In this document: piece after piece, positions 42,894 to 53,343 of the stretch
How the letters are laid out: every line of letters begins with the position of its first letter
Numbering within the stretch: the first letter of the stretch is position 1
From: Oleiharenicola sp.
Lineage (GTDB): Bacteria; Verrucomicrobiota; Verrucomicrobiia; Opitutales; Opitutaceae
Reading direction: 5' to 3'
DNA length: 64,000 bases
Assembly (NCBI GenBank): GCA_025363455.1
Contig: JANYDW010000050.1
Location: forward strand, 2,839 to 66,838
Notes under the pieces: model-generated
Told to the model about the DNA's origin: nothing
What the model saw: only the letters and a program-made list of their open reading frames with translations
Database searches by the model: none
Made by a program: the position numbers and the translations under genes

Positions 42894-43934
42894 ATGAGAT
42901 TACTCCGCTACCTGTTCCTGATCACACTCGCCACCTCGGTGCTTCATGCCGCCGACCTGATCCGGCCCAAGGTCATTGTCGTCGCGACGTTTGAAGTCGG
43001 CGCCGACTCCGGGGACAAACCGGGTGAATTCCAATACTGGGTCGAACGTGAGAGGCTCGTTCATTCGCTGATCGTGCCGGGTCTTGACCATCCGGTGCGC
43101 TACAATGACGAGGGCGTTTACGGGGTGGTGTCGGGCACAACGGTACGGGCCGGGCTGCAGATGATGGCCCTGGGCCTCGATCCTCGCTTTGACCTGGGGC
43201 ATTCCTACTGGCTCATCAACGGCATCGCGGGCGTCAGCCCGCACGTCGCCACCGAAGGCAGCGCAGCCTGGGCCCGGCACGTGATCGACGGCGACATCGC
43301 CTACGAGATTGATCCCCGGGAGGCGCCGGCGGCCTGGCCCTATGGGATCATGGGGCTGGGCAACAAAACGCCGCTGACCGCACCGGTCATTCCTGACTGG
43401 GCGCCCAAGCCCATGCAATGGACACTCAATCCCGCGCTGGTGAAATGGGCTTATGAGTTGACGAAGAACGTCGAGTTGCACGATGCGTCCGAGGCGAAAG
43501 CGCACCGCGCGCTCTACACCGGATTTCCCGCCGCGCTGGCGCCGCCGAAGGTATTCATCGGAGACAGCTTCGCCTCGTGTCGCTACTGGCACGGCGCGCG
43601 CATGCAGCAGTGGGCGGACGACTGGACGAAGCTCTATACCAAAGGTGAGGGAATCTGTGCGATGACCAACATGGAGGACCACGGTATCGCCAACGCGCTT
43701 ACCCGGCTGGCGGCACTCGGCAAGGTGGATTTCCAGCGGGTGCTTTTCCTGCGCACCGGCTCGAACTTCTCGATGCCGCCTGCGGGGCAATCCGCCGCGG
43801 AGAGCATGGTGGCCGAATACGCCGGGATGATTCCCGCACTGGAGGCCGCGTACCGGGCAGGCAGCCCCGTGGTGCATGCCCTCGTGACCGATTGGTCGCA
43901 CTACGCGACGGAGCCGCCCGCGGCTCAGAAATAG
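42894..43934 (+). CDS. purine nucleoside permease (NUP) family protein, secreted
   Basis: 346 aa, signal peptide, colinear with my recollection of the NUP family (PF06516-like). Confidence 0.8.
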   Translation: MRLLRYLFLITLATSVLHAADLIRPKVIVVATFEVGADSGDKPGEFQYWVERERLVHSLIVPGLDHPVRYNDEGVYGVVSGTTVRAGLQMMALGLDPRFDLGHSYWLINGIAGVSPHVATEGSAAWARHVIDGDIAYEIDPREAPAAWPYGIMGLGNKTPLTAPVIPDWAPKPMQWTLNPALVKWAYELTKNVELHDASEAKAHRALYTGFPAALAPPKVFIGDSFASCRYWHGARMQQWADDWTKLYTKGEGICAMTNMEDHGIANALTRLAALGKVDFQRVLFLRTGSNFSMPPAGQSAAESMVAEYAGMIPALEAAYRAGSPVVHALVTDWSHYATEPPAAQK

Positions 43935-45121
43935 CCCAGCCAGGTCAGGTCGCGCCGACGTTGCTTAAAACCGACAAACCAACGGCAGGCGGGATAGAGG
44001 CCGATGACGATGGTGGCCCAGATCGCGTACGTCACCAGCAGGCTGAAACCGGCCGCCGGTGGCGGGGTGCCGTGCACCGGAGTGAAATCCGCCTGGCCGA
44101 AGCGGACCATGTTGGTCAGCCAGGCCAGCCCGTGAATCAGCGGGATATGCAAGATGTAGTAGAAAAAGGGTACGCGACCATAGGCCAGCAACGGCTGGAT
44201 CCAGCGGGGGCTCCAGCGCTCAAACACTGCGAGCATGACCAGTCCCGTGCCGAGCGTTAGCAGCAGGTAACAAAGCGAGGGCGGATACTTGGTGATGTCG
44301 ATAAATGACAACAGGGTGAAGCCCGGTCGCGGCTGGCTGGCCCACAGGGTCAGGTTGCCATAGGTGTTGCTGGCCCGGAGCAGCACGAATGCGGCAATCG
44401 CTCCGAACCCGGAGCGCAACAGCCAGGATTGGCGCTGGGGAGCTTCGAAGTCATAGAGCCGCCCGAAGCAATAGCCGGCAGACATGACCCCAAGCCAGGG
44501 AACCAGCGGGTAGAAGGCAAAGAGGGTGAACCCCGACTTCGTTTGGATAACGCTGCTCACATGCAGAAACTGCCAGAGCCAGCTCCAAGTGCCCCAGCTC
44601 TCGGGCTTGACGCCGTCGAAGGCGTTGTGGCCGAGAATCAGGACGGTGGAAAAAATCGCGACGGCCCGGAAAGGCAGGTGGATCAGGCCGGCGAGCAGGA
44701 TCATCGACCAGCCCAGTGCCCACAGCGTTGCGAAGAAAAAGAGGTGCAGGTTGATCTGAAAGTCCCAGCCGAACCACATCAGCACTGTCAGCTCGAGAAA
44801 GATGAGCCAGAGCCCGCGTTTGATAAGAAAACCGGATAGCTGGCTCTTCGGCTTGCCCCGCTTGACGGCCAGATAAACGGAGACGCCGGCGAGGAATGAG
44901 AAGATTGGCGCACAAAAATGTGTGATAAAACGCGTCAGAAAAATTGCCGGGGTGGTCCGGGCGAGATCCAGCGGGTCGACGCCCTGCACCGCGCTGAAGT
45001 GAAAATAGTCGCGGACATGATCGAGCGCCATCACCACCATGATCAGGCCGCGCAGGAGGTCGATCGAATCGAGCCGGGCGGTGGGCGTTGCGGTGGGGGC
45101 GGGTGTTGCGGGGGTGGACAT
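43925..45121 (-). CDS. DUF1624 / heparan-alpha-glucosaminide N-acetyltransferase-like membrane protein
   Basis: 398 aa polytopic; RLDSIDLLRGLIMVVMALDHVRDYF signature. Confidence 0.85.
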   Translation of the reverse strand: MSTPATPAPTATPTARLDSIDLLRGLIMVVMALDHVRDYFHFSAVQGVDPLDLARTTPAIFLTRFITHFCAPIFSFLAGVSVYLAVKRGKPKSQLSGFLIKRGLWLIFLELTVLMWFGWDFQINLHLFFFATLWALGWSMILLAGLIHLPFRAVAIFSTVLILGHNAFDGVKPESWGTWSWLWQFLHVSSVIQTKSGFTLFAFYPLVPWLGVMSAGYCFGRLYDFEAPQRQSWLLRSGFGAIAAFVLLRASNTYGNLTLWASQPRPGFTLLSFIDITKYPPSLCYLLLTLGTGLVMLAVFERWSPRWIQPLLAYGRVPFFYYILHIPLIHGLAWLTNMVRFGQADFTPVHGTPPPAAGFSLLVTYAIWATIVIGLYPACRWFVGFKQRRRDLTWLGYF

Positions 45122-45125
45122 GGGT

Positions 45126-46319
45126 TTAGAAATAGCTCAGCCACGCGACATCGCGGTGCCGGCGCTTGTACTCGGCGAACCAGCGGCAGACGGGATAAAG
45201 CGCGACCACGACGGCGATCCACACCAGATAGACCACGGGCAGGCTGAAACCGGCATCGGCGGGCGGTTGTCCTGGAGCCATCGGGCCAAGAAAATCAGCG
45301 CGGCCATACTGCCAATGGAAACAGGCCGACGCCAACCCGTGGATGAGCGGGAGGTGGAGCATGTAATAGAGGAACGGCACGCGGCCGAAGACGAGCGCAG
45401 GCTTAAGCCAGGCCGGCGTGCCGCGTTCGAACCACGCCAGCAGGAGCAACCCCGGCCCGAGCGTCATCAGCAAGTAGCACAGGGACGGAGGATATTTCGT
45501 GCAGTCGAGCGTGGCCAGAATCGTGCGCAAAAAGGTGGGTTGCGTTGGTCGCGGCCAGAGGTTGCCATAGACGTTTGTCGCGCGGAGAAAGATGAAAAGT
45601 ACAACCGCGCCGAGGCCAACTCGCCCCAGCCACTTTCGCCGCACGGCGGCGTCCCATTGGTAGACCGCACCGAACGCGTAACCGGTGGCCATGACGCCGA
45701 TCCACGGCATGAATGAATAGCCGGCGCGCAGGGTGAGGGTTGGCGTGATCGCGACAGGGCCGCGAATATGGAGGACGCGCCACAGTCCGCTCCAGCTGCC
45801 GAAAGCCTCTGGTTTCACGCTGTCGAAGGCATTGTGCAGGCCGATCATGGTGAGTCCGAAGGTGGCGACCGCCCACAGCGGCAGGTGGATCAGCGCGGCC
45901 AGCGCGATCATCGACCAGCCCAGAACCCAGATCACCTGACCGATGAAGAAGTGGGGGTCATACGCGAAGGTCCACGCCCATTTGACGAAGGTGAGCTCAA
46001 GCAGTACGAGCCAGGCACCGCGCGTCAGCAGGAACCACGACATCTCGCGCCGCGACTTGCCGCGCACCATCGCGAGGAAGACGCCGGTGCCGGCGAGAAA
46101 GGAAAAGATCGGGGCGCAGAAGTGCGTGATCCACCGAGTGAAAAACAGCCAGGGGGAGGCGTGCTCCAGGTCCAGGGGGTCGCTGCCGTGCAGCGCGCCC
46201 CAATGGAAATAGTCGCGCGTGTGGTCGAGTGCCATGACGACCATGATGATGCCGCGCAGCAGGTCGACGGACTCGAGGCGCGGCGAGGGGGGATTCGCAA
46301 CGACAGGAGCGGACGACAT
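45126..46319 (-). CDS. DUF1624 membrane acyltransferase-like protein (tandem paralogue)
   Basis: 397 aa, colinear with 43925-45121 (RLESVDLLRGIIMVVMALDHTRDYF); 4-nt gap. Confidence 0.85.
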   Translation of the reverse strand: MSSAPVVANPPSPRLESVDLLRGIIMVVMALDHTRDYFHWGALHGSDPLDLEHASPWLFFTRWITHFCAPIFSFLAGTGVFLAMVRGKSRREMSWFLLTRGAWLVLLELTFVKWAWTFAYDPHFFIGQVIWVLGWSMIALAALIHLPLWAVATFGLTMIGLHNAFDSVKPEAFGSWSGLWRVLHIRGPVAITPTLTLRAGYSFMPWIGVMATGYAFGAVYQWDAAVRRKWLGRVGLGAVVLFIFLRATNVYGNLWPRPTQPTFLRTILATLDCTKYPPSLCYLLMTLGPGLLLLAWFERGTPAWLKPALVFGRVPFLYYMLHLPLIHGLASACFHWQYGRADFLGPMAPGQPPADAGFSLPVVYLVWIAVVVALYPVCRWFAEYKRRHRDVAWLSYF

Positions 46320-46420
46320 GGGCAGAACTGATGTCCGGTTGGTGTCGGGCTAGCGAGACCCAAGTGGGTGTAGCGGGAGGGGATATGGCGAACTGTGGGG
46401 CGGCGGGTGCTTCCCGATAT

Positions 46421-46508
46421 GGAGGGCTCAGCTCCCGCTGAGCCGTTTCGACAAGCTCGAGGCCCTTAGCCTGTCGAGGGCCGCGGCCCAGCGGGAGCTG
46501 GGCCCTCC
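46421..46508. repeat. composite palindromic element with FDKL-type core
   Basis: GGAGGGCTCAGC-TCCC-GCTGAGCC, then core TTTCGACAAGCTCGAGGCCCTTAGCCTGTCGAGGG, then GGCCCAGC-GGGA-GCTGGGCCCTCC. The outer hairpins differ by a compensated pair. Confidence 0.85.
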
Positions 46509-46532
46509 CAAGACGCGAGCCCTCCAGATCCG

Positions 46533-47429
46533 CTACCGCGGTTCGCCGGCCAGCGTGACGCCGGCCGGGGTGGTCTCGCTTTCTTCCAGCCGCGAGACGA
46601 GTACATCCACGGATAGCTCGCGCTTGGCCGTGCCACGGTAGGTCCCCTTGACCGGGGAGACGTCGGCGAAGTCGCGACCGGTGGCGACCTTCACGTGGTG
46701 ACCCTGCACGCGGCAGTTATTCGTCGGGTCGAGCCCGCACCAGCCGTGGCCCAGCACATAGACCTCGACCCACGCGTGGCTGGCCTGCGCGCCCTTCAGC
46801 TGGTCGGCCGGGCCGTTGTAAAGGTAGCCGCTGACGTAGCGGGCGGGAATCTTCAGGGCGCGGCACAGTCCGATCATCACGTGGGCGAAATCCTGGCAAA
46901 CCCCCGTGTGGGTCGCGAGCACCTCACGCATGTGGGTGTGGGCGTGGGTGACAGCGGACTGGTAACGGAATTCCCGGTGAATATAGCGCATCACGGCTTG
47001 GGCGGCCTGCCAGGCGTCGGTTTGGCCATCCGTGGCGTCGAGCGCGAGTTTCCACAGGTCCACGTTGACCTCGATGTAGGTGCTCGACTGCACAAAATCA
47101 TAGCAGCGCTCCATCCGTGCGCACTCGTCGATGCGGTCGAGGGGGGCGGGGCGGGCGTCGGCCGACAGCGCGGGCGTGCTGCCGGTGGTGACAACGGAGT
47201 TGGCCTCGACGATCAGTTCGGTGTGCGGCTGGTTGACCTCGAAAAGGTGGACGCAATTGCGATGGAAATCCATATAGTGCTTCAGCCGGGACGAAGGCAG
47301 CACCTTGAGCACAAAGCTGTGGCAGGTCTGCGGGCCAGTGCTGACCGGCTGCAGGCGAGCCTCATTAAAGCTTTCATGGACCGGGGTCGCGTATTTGAAG
47401 CGGGTGCGGTGGAGGACGTGGAGTTTCAT
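46533..47429 (-). CDS. transglutaminase-family protein (Bact_transglu_N + TGase core)
   Basis: Cys-His-Asp triad in context: GVCQDFAH, HAWVEVY, DPTN. Confidence 0.9.
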   Translation of the reverse strand: MKLHVLHRTRFKYATPVHESFNEARLQPVSTGPQTCHSFVLKVLPSSRLKHYMDFHRNCVHLFEVNQPHTELIVEANSVVTTGSTPALSADARPAPLDRIDECARMERCYDFVQSSTYIEVNVDLWKLALDATDGQTDAWQAAQAVMRYIHREFRYQSAVTHAHTHMREVLATHTGVCQDFAHVMIGLCRALKIPARYVSGYLYNGPADQLKGAQASHAWVEVYVLGHGWCGLDPTNNCRVQGHHVKVATGRDFADVSPVKGTYRGTAKRELSVDVLVSRLEESETTPAGVTLAGEPR

Positions 47430-47471
47430 GCGGGCGGCATCGAGGGCGGGAAGAAAAGCCCTTCGACGGGC

Positions 47472-48512
47472 TCAGGGCAGTTCGGCCTTCGGGCCGAACT
47501 GCTGCTGTTGTTCTTCCTGTTGGCGGAGCTCGTTGTCGTCGGGGGTTTGGAAGGGTTGAAAAATATAGGCTTGGAAGAGGGCTTCGCCGATCGCGTTCAA
47601 CTTGCCTTGGAGTACGTCGATGTACTGGTGCAGGCCGATATCAAAGATGTCCTCCGCCGTGCTAAACTGGAGTTCGGCCAGGAGCCGGCCGGCGAGTTTT
47701 TCGGCTTCGTTACTGAAGCGACCCTCATGTACCCCGGAAATGCGGCGCAGGACGGTGTTGAGGTGGCGAACGGAGAAACGCACGGAGCGGGGAAAGTCAT
47801 CGGAGAGCAGGAGGAATTCGGCGACCAGCGCCGGTTGGATTTCGGCGCCGTTCAGGGCCTTGTAGGCATCCCAGGCGCTGCAGGAGCGGAGCACGGCGGA
47901 CCAGCCGAGCGCATCGGCCTGGCTGGGGGTGGCCGGGGTGCCATGCGCGGGGAGCGAGTCGTGGCGCACGTCCAGGATGCGCGACGTCTTGTCGGCGCGC
48001 TCAAGGTAGCGGCCGCACTGGATAAAGAACCAGCCCTCGTTCCGGACAATGGTGGCGTCGGTCAGGCCCTGGAGCAGTAACGAGCCGTTGCGAATCGTCT
48101 GGAAGAAATCGGACGGACTATCTCGCCACAGCTTGGGGGCGCGCGGCGAGTTGAGGAAGAGATAGAGGCGGTTGATCTCCTCCCACAGTTCGGTGGTGAT
48201 CTGGTCGCGCACCATGCGGGCGTTCTCGCGGGCCTGGCTGACCGAGGAGACAATGGAGTTACTGTTGGCCGGATTGAAAACCATGAACTCGGTCACGTTC
48301 TTCCCCGTGGTGCGCGGGTAGAGCTTGCGGAACAGCTCCTCGTCGCCGGAGCTTTGGACGATGGGCATCCAATGGGCATTCAGCGTGGCATCGTCGAGAT
48401 TGCGGAAATCGAGGAGGAGCTGGAGGTTCACGTCCACGAGGCGCGCGATGCTTTCGGCGCGCTCGATATAGCGGCTCATCCAGTAGAGGGAGTTGGCGAC
48501 ACGGCTCAGCAT
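47472..48512 (-). CDS. alpha-E domain protein
   Basis: MLSRVANSLYWMSRYIERAE.. hallmark N-terminus of the alpha-E (DUF403) family. Confidence 0.9.
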   Translation of the reverse strand: MLSRVANSLYWMSRYIERAESIARLVDVNLQLLLDFRNLDDATLNAHWMPIVQSSGDEELFRKLYPRTTGKNVTEFMVFNPANSNSIVSSVSQARENARMVRDQITTELWEEINRLYLFLNSPRAPKLWRDSPSDFFQTIRNGSLLLQGLTDATIVRNEGWFFIQCGRYLERADKTSRILDVRHDSLPAHGTPATPSQADALGWSAVLRSCSAWDAYKALNGAEIQPALVAEFLLLSDDFPRSVRFSVRHLNTVLRRISGVHEGRFSNEAEKLAGRLLAELQFSTAEDIFDIGLHQYIDVLQGKLNAIGEALFQAYIFQPFQTPDDNELRQQEEQQQQFGPKAELP

Positions 48513-48517
48513 GGGGA

Positions 48518-48659
48518 AAATTTACGATGGACGATTTACGATGTACGATTTCCAGGCACAGCCAGGCGGTGCATGCTCTGGTTGCGTGACCAGCAACAGG
48601 GTCGCCCGCTTTGGTTCCCGCGGTTCGGCAAATCGTAAATCGTGAATCATAAATCGTAC
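48518..48659. repeat. inverted repeat built from tandem ACGATTT-type heptamers
   Basis: Left arm TTTACGA TGGACGA TTTACGA TGTACGA TTT; right arm AAATCGT AAATCGT GAATCAT AAATCGT AC; 78-nt spacer. Fills the ATP-grasp / alpha-E intergenic gap. Confidence 0.85.
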
Positions 48660-48662
48660 TTC

Positions 48663-50147
48663 CTATTTATTTCCGTACAGCACCCAGGATTCCTTGCTGC
48701 CTCCGCCTTGGGAGGAGTTGACGACGAGGGAGCCCTTGCGGAGCGCGACGCGGGTGAGGCCGCCGGGGATGATGGTGGTTTTCTCGCCGTAGAGGATGAA
48801 GGGGCGCAGGTCGATGTGGCGGCCGGCGAAGCCCTCGCCGTCACAGTAGGTGGGGTGGCGGGAGAGGGAGATCATGGGCTGGCCGATGTAGTTGCGCGGG
48901 TCGGCCAGGATCAGCTTCCGAAAGTCATCGCGCTCGGCCTTGGTCGCGTGCGGGCCCATGAGCATGCCGTAGCCGCCGGCCTCATTGGCGGCCTTGACGA
49001 CGAGTTTGTCCAGGTTTTCGACCATGTATTTCTTGTCGGCGTCCTCGCTGGCGAGGTAGGTCTGCACGTTTGGCAGGAGCGGCTCCTGGTCGAGGTAGTA
49101 CTTGATGATGCGCGGGACGAAATAATACATGACCTTGTCGTCCGCGACGCCTGTGCCGATGGAGTTGGCCAGCGAGACATTGCCAGCACGATAAGCGTTG
49201 ACAAGGCCGGGCACGCCGAGTGCGGAGTCGCGGCGGAAGACCGTCGGGTCGAGGAAGTCATCATCGATGCGCCGGTAGATGACGTGGACGGGTTGGAGAC
49301 CCTTGGTGGTTCGCATGAAAACGTGCTGGTCGCGCACGAGCAGGTCGCGACCCTCGACGATTTCGATGCCCATCTGGCGGGCGAGGTAGGTGTGTTCGAA
49401 GTAGGCGGAGTTGTAGGCGCCGGGCGTGAGCAGCACGACGGTGGGCTCGGCCACTCCGGCCGGGGCGGTGTGCTGGAGGACCTTGAGCAGCTCCTGCGAG
49501 TAGTTCTCGACCGGGCGCACGCCGCCGGCCTCGAAGATCTCGGGAAAGGTGCGTTTCAGGGCGCGGCGGTTTTCCAACACATAGCTGACGCCGGAGGGGC
49601 AACGGGCGTTGTCCTCCAGGACGAGATACTGGCCCTTATCGTCGCGGATGATGTCCGTGCCGCAGACGTGGATGTAAATGTCGCGTGGCACATCCACGTT
49701 CATGAACTCCCGCCGGAAATGCTTCGCCGACATCACATAGTGGGCGGGAATGGTGCCGTCCTTGATGATGTTCTGCTCGTGGTAGATGTCGTGGAGGAAC
49801 AAGTTCAGCGCGGTGATGCGCTGCACGAGGCCGGCCTCAAGGTGCTCCCATTCGTGGGCTGGGATGATGCGAGGTACGAGGTCGAAGGGGAAGATGCGCT
49901 CGGCTCCTTTGGAGTCGCCATAGACGTTAAAAGTCACGCCCTGCCGGAGGAACGAAAGATCCACGGCGATGCGCTTGGCGTCGAATTCCTCGGGGGTGAC
50001 CGCGCCGAAATGCTTGAGAAAATGCTGGTAGTGGGGCCGCACGTTGCCGTTGGCCTCCAGCATCTCGTCGTAGAACCCACCAGTGTCGTATTGTTGGAAG
50101 GGAGAAGGAAGGTCAGGGCCGGGGACGGCTGGCTTGCTGGTGGACAT
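48663..50147 (-). CDS. circularly permuted type-2 ATP-grasp protein
   Basis: Start taken at MSTSKPAV (ATG at 50147); colinear with the COG2308 / DUF404-DUF407 family; operon with alpha-E and transglutaminase. Confidence 0.9.
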   Translation of the reverse strand: MSTSKPAVPGPDLPSPFQQYDTGGFYDEMLEANGNVRPHYQHFLKHFGAVTPEEFDAKRIAVDLSFLRQGVTFNVYGDSKGAERIFPFDLVPRIIPAHEWEHLEAGLVQRITALNLFLHDIYHEQNIIKDGTIPAHYVMSAKHFRREFMNVDVPRDIYIHVCGTDIIRDDKGQYLVLEDNARCPSGVSYVLENRRALKRTFPEIFEAGGVRPVENYSQELLKVLQHTAPAGVAEPTVVLLTPGAYNSAYFEHTYLARQMGIEIVEGRDLLVRDQHVFMRTTKGLQPVHVIYRRIDDDFLDPTVFRRDSALGVPGLVNAYRAGNVSLANSIGTGVADDKVMYYFVPRIIKYYLDQEPLLPNVQTYLASEDADKKYMVENLDKLVVKAANEAGGYGMLMGPHATKAERDDFRKLILADPRNYIGQPMISLSRHPTYCDGEGFAGRHIDLRPFILYGEKTTIIPGGLTRVALRKGSLVVNSSQGGGSKESWVLYGNK

Positions 50148-50296
50148 GAGGGGAATGGCGCTCGGATAGCAGGCGGCATGCAAACTTTGAATATATTTCT
50201 GACATCCGCTGTGGCCCAACTATTTAGGCAATTCGGGCGGGCTATATTTTTGCCATTTGCCAAGCCTGCCCGCGTTGCTTTCATTCGTCCCCTTCA

Positions 50297-53251
50297 ATGC
50301 TCAGCTTCATCCTTAAGAAATTCGCCGGCAGGCATCATCGCAAGTACATCGAAAAATGCCGCCCCATCGTCACGCGCATCAACGAGTTTGAGCTGAAATA
50401 CCAGCCCCTGACTGATGACCAGCTCCGGGCCAAGACCGACGAGTTTCGCGCCCGCCTGAAACAGGGCGAGACCCTCGACCAGATCCTTCCCGAGGCCTTT
50501 GCCGTGGTGAAGAACGCTGCCCGCCGCCTCGTCGGCCGCAAGATTTCGGTCTGTGACCACGAGCTGACCTGGGACATGGTGCATTTCGACGTCCAACTCA
50601 TCGGTGGTATGACGCTCCATGAGGGTCGCATCGCCGAAATGGCCACGGGCGAGGGCAAGACCCTGGTCGCCACGCTCCCCCTTTACCTCAATGCCCTCAC
50701 CGGCAAGAACGCCCAGCTCGTCACCGTCAACGACTACCTCGCCCGCCGCGACTCCGAGTGGATGGGGCACCTTTACAATTTCCTCGGCATCACGGTGGGG
50801 TGCATCCAGCAGTCGATGCATTCCGAGCAGCGCCGCGAGATGTACAACCGTGACATCACCTACGGCACCGCCTCGGAGTTCGGCTTCGACTACCTCCGCG
50901 ACAACGGCATGGCCACGCGCAAGGAGAACCAGGTCCAGCGCGACCACTTCTACTGTATCGTGGATGAGATCGACTCCATCCTTGTGGACGAGGCGCGCAC
51001 TCCGCTGATCATCTCCGGTCCGGCCCCGATCGAGCGCGAACAGCCCTTTACCCGCCTCAAGCCCGGCGTCGAGCAACTCGTCGCCGTCCAGCTCCGCCTG
51101 ATCAACAATCTCGTGAAGGAGGCGTCCGATATACTCGAGAAACCAGAGGTCACGCCGGAGGAACGGCAGACGGCCGCGATGAAGATGCTGCAGGTGAAAC
51201 TCGGCATGCCGAAGAACAAGCAGTTGCTTCGCCTCCAGGAGAACCCGGAATGGCGCAAGCTTCTCGACAAGACCGATGTCGAGATGCACAGCGACTTCAA
51301 CAAGGACGAAATGTACCGGTACAAGGAGGAGCTCTTCTTCACCATCGACGAGAAGAGTCATTCGGCCGATCTCACGGAAGTCGGCCGGAAGAAACTCCGG
51401 CCCGACGATCCTGACGCCTTCATGCTGCCCGATCTCGCCACGATGTTCATCGACATCGAGAAGGACACCGCCAAGACGCCCGAGGAGAAGGAGCAGGCCA
51501 AACGCGACGCCCAGGCGCGCTATGAGGTCATCTCGGAGGACATCCACGCATTGTCCCAGCTGCTGCGCGCCTACTCGATCTACGAGCGCGACGTCGAATA
51601 CGTCGTGCAGGATGGCAAAGTTGTCATCGTCGACGAGAACACGGGCCGCATCATGTCGGGCCGACGCTGGTCCGATGGCCTGCACCAGGCGGTCGAGGCC
51701 AAGGAGAATGTCGCCATCGAGCGCGAGACCCGCACCTATGCCACCGTCACGATCCAGAATTACTTCCGCATGTATGAGAAGCTGGCGGGCATGACCGGCA
51801 CCGCCGAGACCGAGGCCACCGAGTTCAATGAAATCTATCGGCTGTCGGTCACCCAGATTCCGACCAACCAGCCCTGCATCCGCGTTGACCAGAACGACTC
51901 CATCTTCAAAACCCGCCGCGACAAGTACAACGCGGTCGTCAAGCACGTACAGGATGCCCAACTGCGTGGCCAGCCGGTGCTCGTCGGCACGGTTACGGTC
52001 GAACAGTCCGAGGTGGTCAGCCGCCTCTTGAAGCGGGCCAATGTCATTCACACCGTACTCAACGCCAAGTTCCACCAGCAGGAGGCCGAGATCGTGACCC
52101 GGGCCGGCCAGCGCGGTTCCGTTACCATCGCCACCAACATGGCTGGCCGCGGCACCGACATCAAGCTGGGTGAGGGCGTCCGCGAACTGGGCGGGCTACT
52201 GGTCGTCGGCACCGAGCGCCACGAATCACGCCGCATCGACCGCCAGTTGCGCGGCCGCTGCTCGCGTCAGGGCGACCCGGGTATGACCAAGTTCTTCCTC
52301 TCGCTTGAGGACGACCTGATGCGCCTCTTCCTCCAGGGCAACCTGGCGTCCAAGATCATGGAGGGCTCGATGAAAGAGGGCGAGGAGCTGGAGCACAAGT
52401 GGCTCAACTACTCGATCGAGTCCGCCCAGAAGAAGGTCGAGCAGCAGAACTTCGCCACGCGCAAGCGCCTCCTGCAATACGACGATGTGCTCAATAAGCA
52501 GCGCGAGGTCATCTACGGCATCCGCAATTCCGCCCTGCACAGCGACCGCCCCAAGGACATCATCTTCGAGATGATCGAGGAGGAGATCGCCACCCGGCTC
52601 GAGAGCGCGGGCTACGGCGAGAAGAATGTCTCGTCCGCGTCCAATCTTGAGAGCCTGGTCGGCTGGCTGAATTCCCATTTTCCCATCAGCGCCAAAATGG
52701 AGGAACTCACCGGCGATGCCGAGACGTTGCTCAAGAGCCTGGTCGAGCGCGTCAAGCAAGCCTATGCCCTGAAGGAATCCGTCGAGGACCAGGAGGCGCT
52801 GGGCGGGCTTGAGCGCTACATCGTCATCAACGCCATCGACCACCACTGGCAGGAGCACCTGACCGAGATGGAGGAACTGAAGAAAGGCATCATGCTCCGT
52901 AGCTACGGCCAAAAGGACCCGCTTTCCGAATACAAAGGCGAAGGTTATCGCTTCTTCGAAGAGCTGATGAACAACGTCCGGTTGCAAATCTGCACGAGCC
53001 TCTTCCGCTCGGCGACAAACCGCGACGCCTTCGAGAATTTATTCGCCATCCTGTCGCGGTCCGCCCGCATGCAGGGTCCGACGGCCCTGGCCGCTGCCAC
53101 GCAGGCCGCCGCCCCCGCTAGCGAGGCTCCGGCCGAGCAGGAAATCAAGCTGCCGTCCGTGACCATCCGCCGGGAGACGCCCAAGGTCGGGCGCAACGAT
53201 CCCTGCCATTGCGGATCTGGCAAGAAGTTCAAGAACTGCCATGGGGCGTGA
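50297..53251 (+). CDS. secA: preprotein translocase ATPase SecA
   Basis: 984 aa, Walker [13 protein letters not shown]-like [12 protein letters not shown]-terminal Zn finger [14 protein letters not shown]. Confidence 0.98.
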   Translation: MLSFILKKFAGRHHRKYIEKCRPIVTRINEFELKYQPLTDDQLRAKTDEFRARLKQGETLDQILPEAFAVVKNAARRLVGRKISVCDHELTWDMVHFDVQLIGGMTLHEGRIAEMATGEGKTLVATLPLYLNALTGKNAQLVTVNDYLARRDSEWMGHLYNFLGITVGCIQQSMHSEQRREMYNRDITYGTASEFGFDYLRDNGMATRKENQVQRDHFYCIVDEIDSILVDEARTPLIISGPAPIEREQPFTRLKPGVEQLVAVQLRLINNLVKEASDILEKPEVTPEERQTAAMKMLQVKLGMPKNKQLLRLQENPEWRKLLDKTDVEMHSDFNKDEMYRYKEELFFTIDEKSHSADLTEVGRKKLRPDDPDAFMLPDLATMFIDIEKDTAKTPEEKEQAKRDAQARYEVISEDIHALSQLLRAYSIYERDVEYVVQDGKVVIVDENTGRIMSGRRWSDGLHQAVEAKENVAIERETRTYATVTIQNYFRMYEKLAGMTGTAETEATEFNEIYRLSVTQIPTNQPCIRVDQNDSIFKTRRDKYNAVVKHVQDAQLRGQPVLVGTVTVEQSEVVSRLLKRANVIHTVLNAKFHQQEAEIVTRAGQRGSVTIATNMAGRGTDIKLGEGVRELGGLLVVGTERHESRRIDRQLRGRCSRQGDPGMTKFFLSLEDDLMRLFLQGNLASKIMEGSMKEGEELEHKWLNYSIESAQKKVEQQNFATRKRLLQYDDVLNKQREVIYGIRNSALHSDRPKDIIFEMIEEEIATRLESAGYGEKNVSSASNLESLVGWLNSHFPISAKMEELTGDAETLLKSLVERVKQAYALKESVEDQEALGGLERYIVINAIDHHWQEHLTEMEELKKGIMLRSYGQKDPLSEYKGEGYRFFEELMNNVRLQICTSLFRSATNRDAFENLFAILSRSARMQGPTALAAATQAAAPASEAPAEQEIKLPSVTIRRETPKVGRNDPCHCGSGKKFKNCHGA

Positions 53252-53278
53252 CGCGAGCTTGTGGTCTTCCTGCCTTAT

Positions 53279-53331
53279 GTAGGAGCTTGCTTGCAAGCGA
53301 TTGCCTTGGTCGCCTGTAAACAGGCTCCTAC
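53279..53331. repeat. REP doublet (REPIN), family A
   Basis: GTAGGAGCTTGCTTGCAAGCGAT-N8-TCGCCTGTAAACAGGCTCCTAC; nearly identical to 54647-54698. Confidence 0.92.
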
Positions 53332-53343
53332 CGTCTTTTCCTT

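Noticed and set aside
48522-48650. 42-aa minus-strand sORF (MIHDLRFAEPREPKRATLLLVTQPEHAPPGCAWKSYIVNRPS) between the ATP-grasp and alpha-E genes; tempting as a precursor peptide or substrate for the ligase.
   Set aside because: Its first and last roughly 10 codons are simply the heptamer-repeat arms read in frame, and there is no start context like that of the real genes. It is kept only as something to check by Ribo-seq or by conservation in homologous operons.
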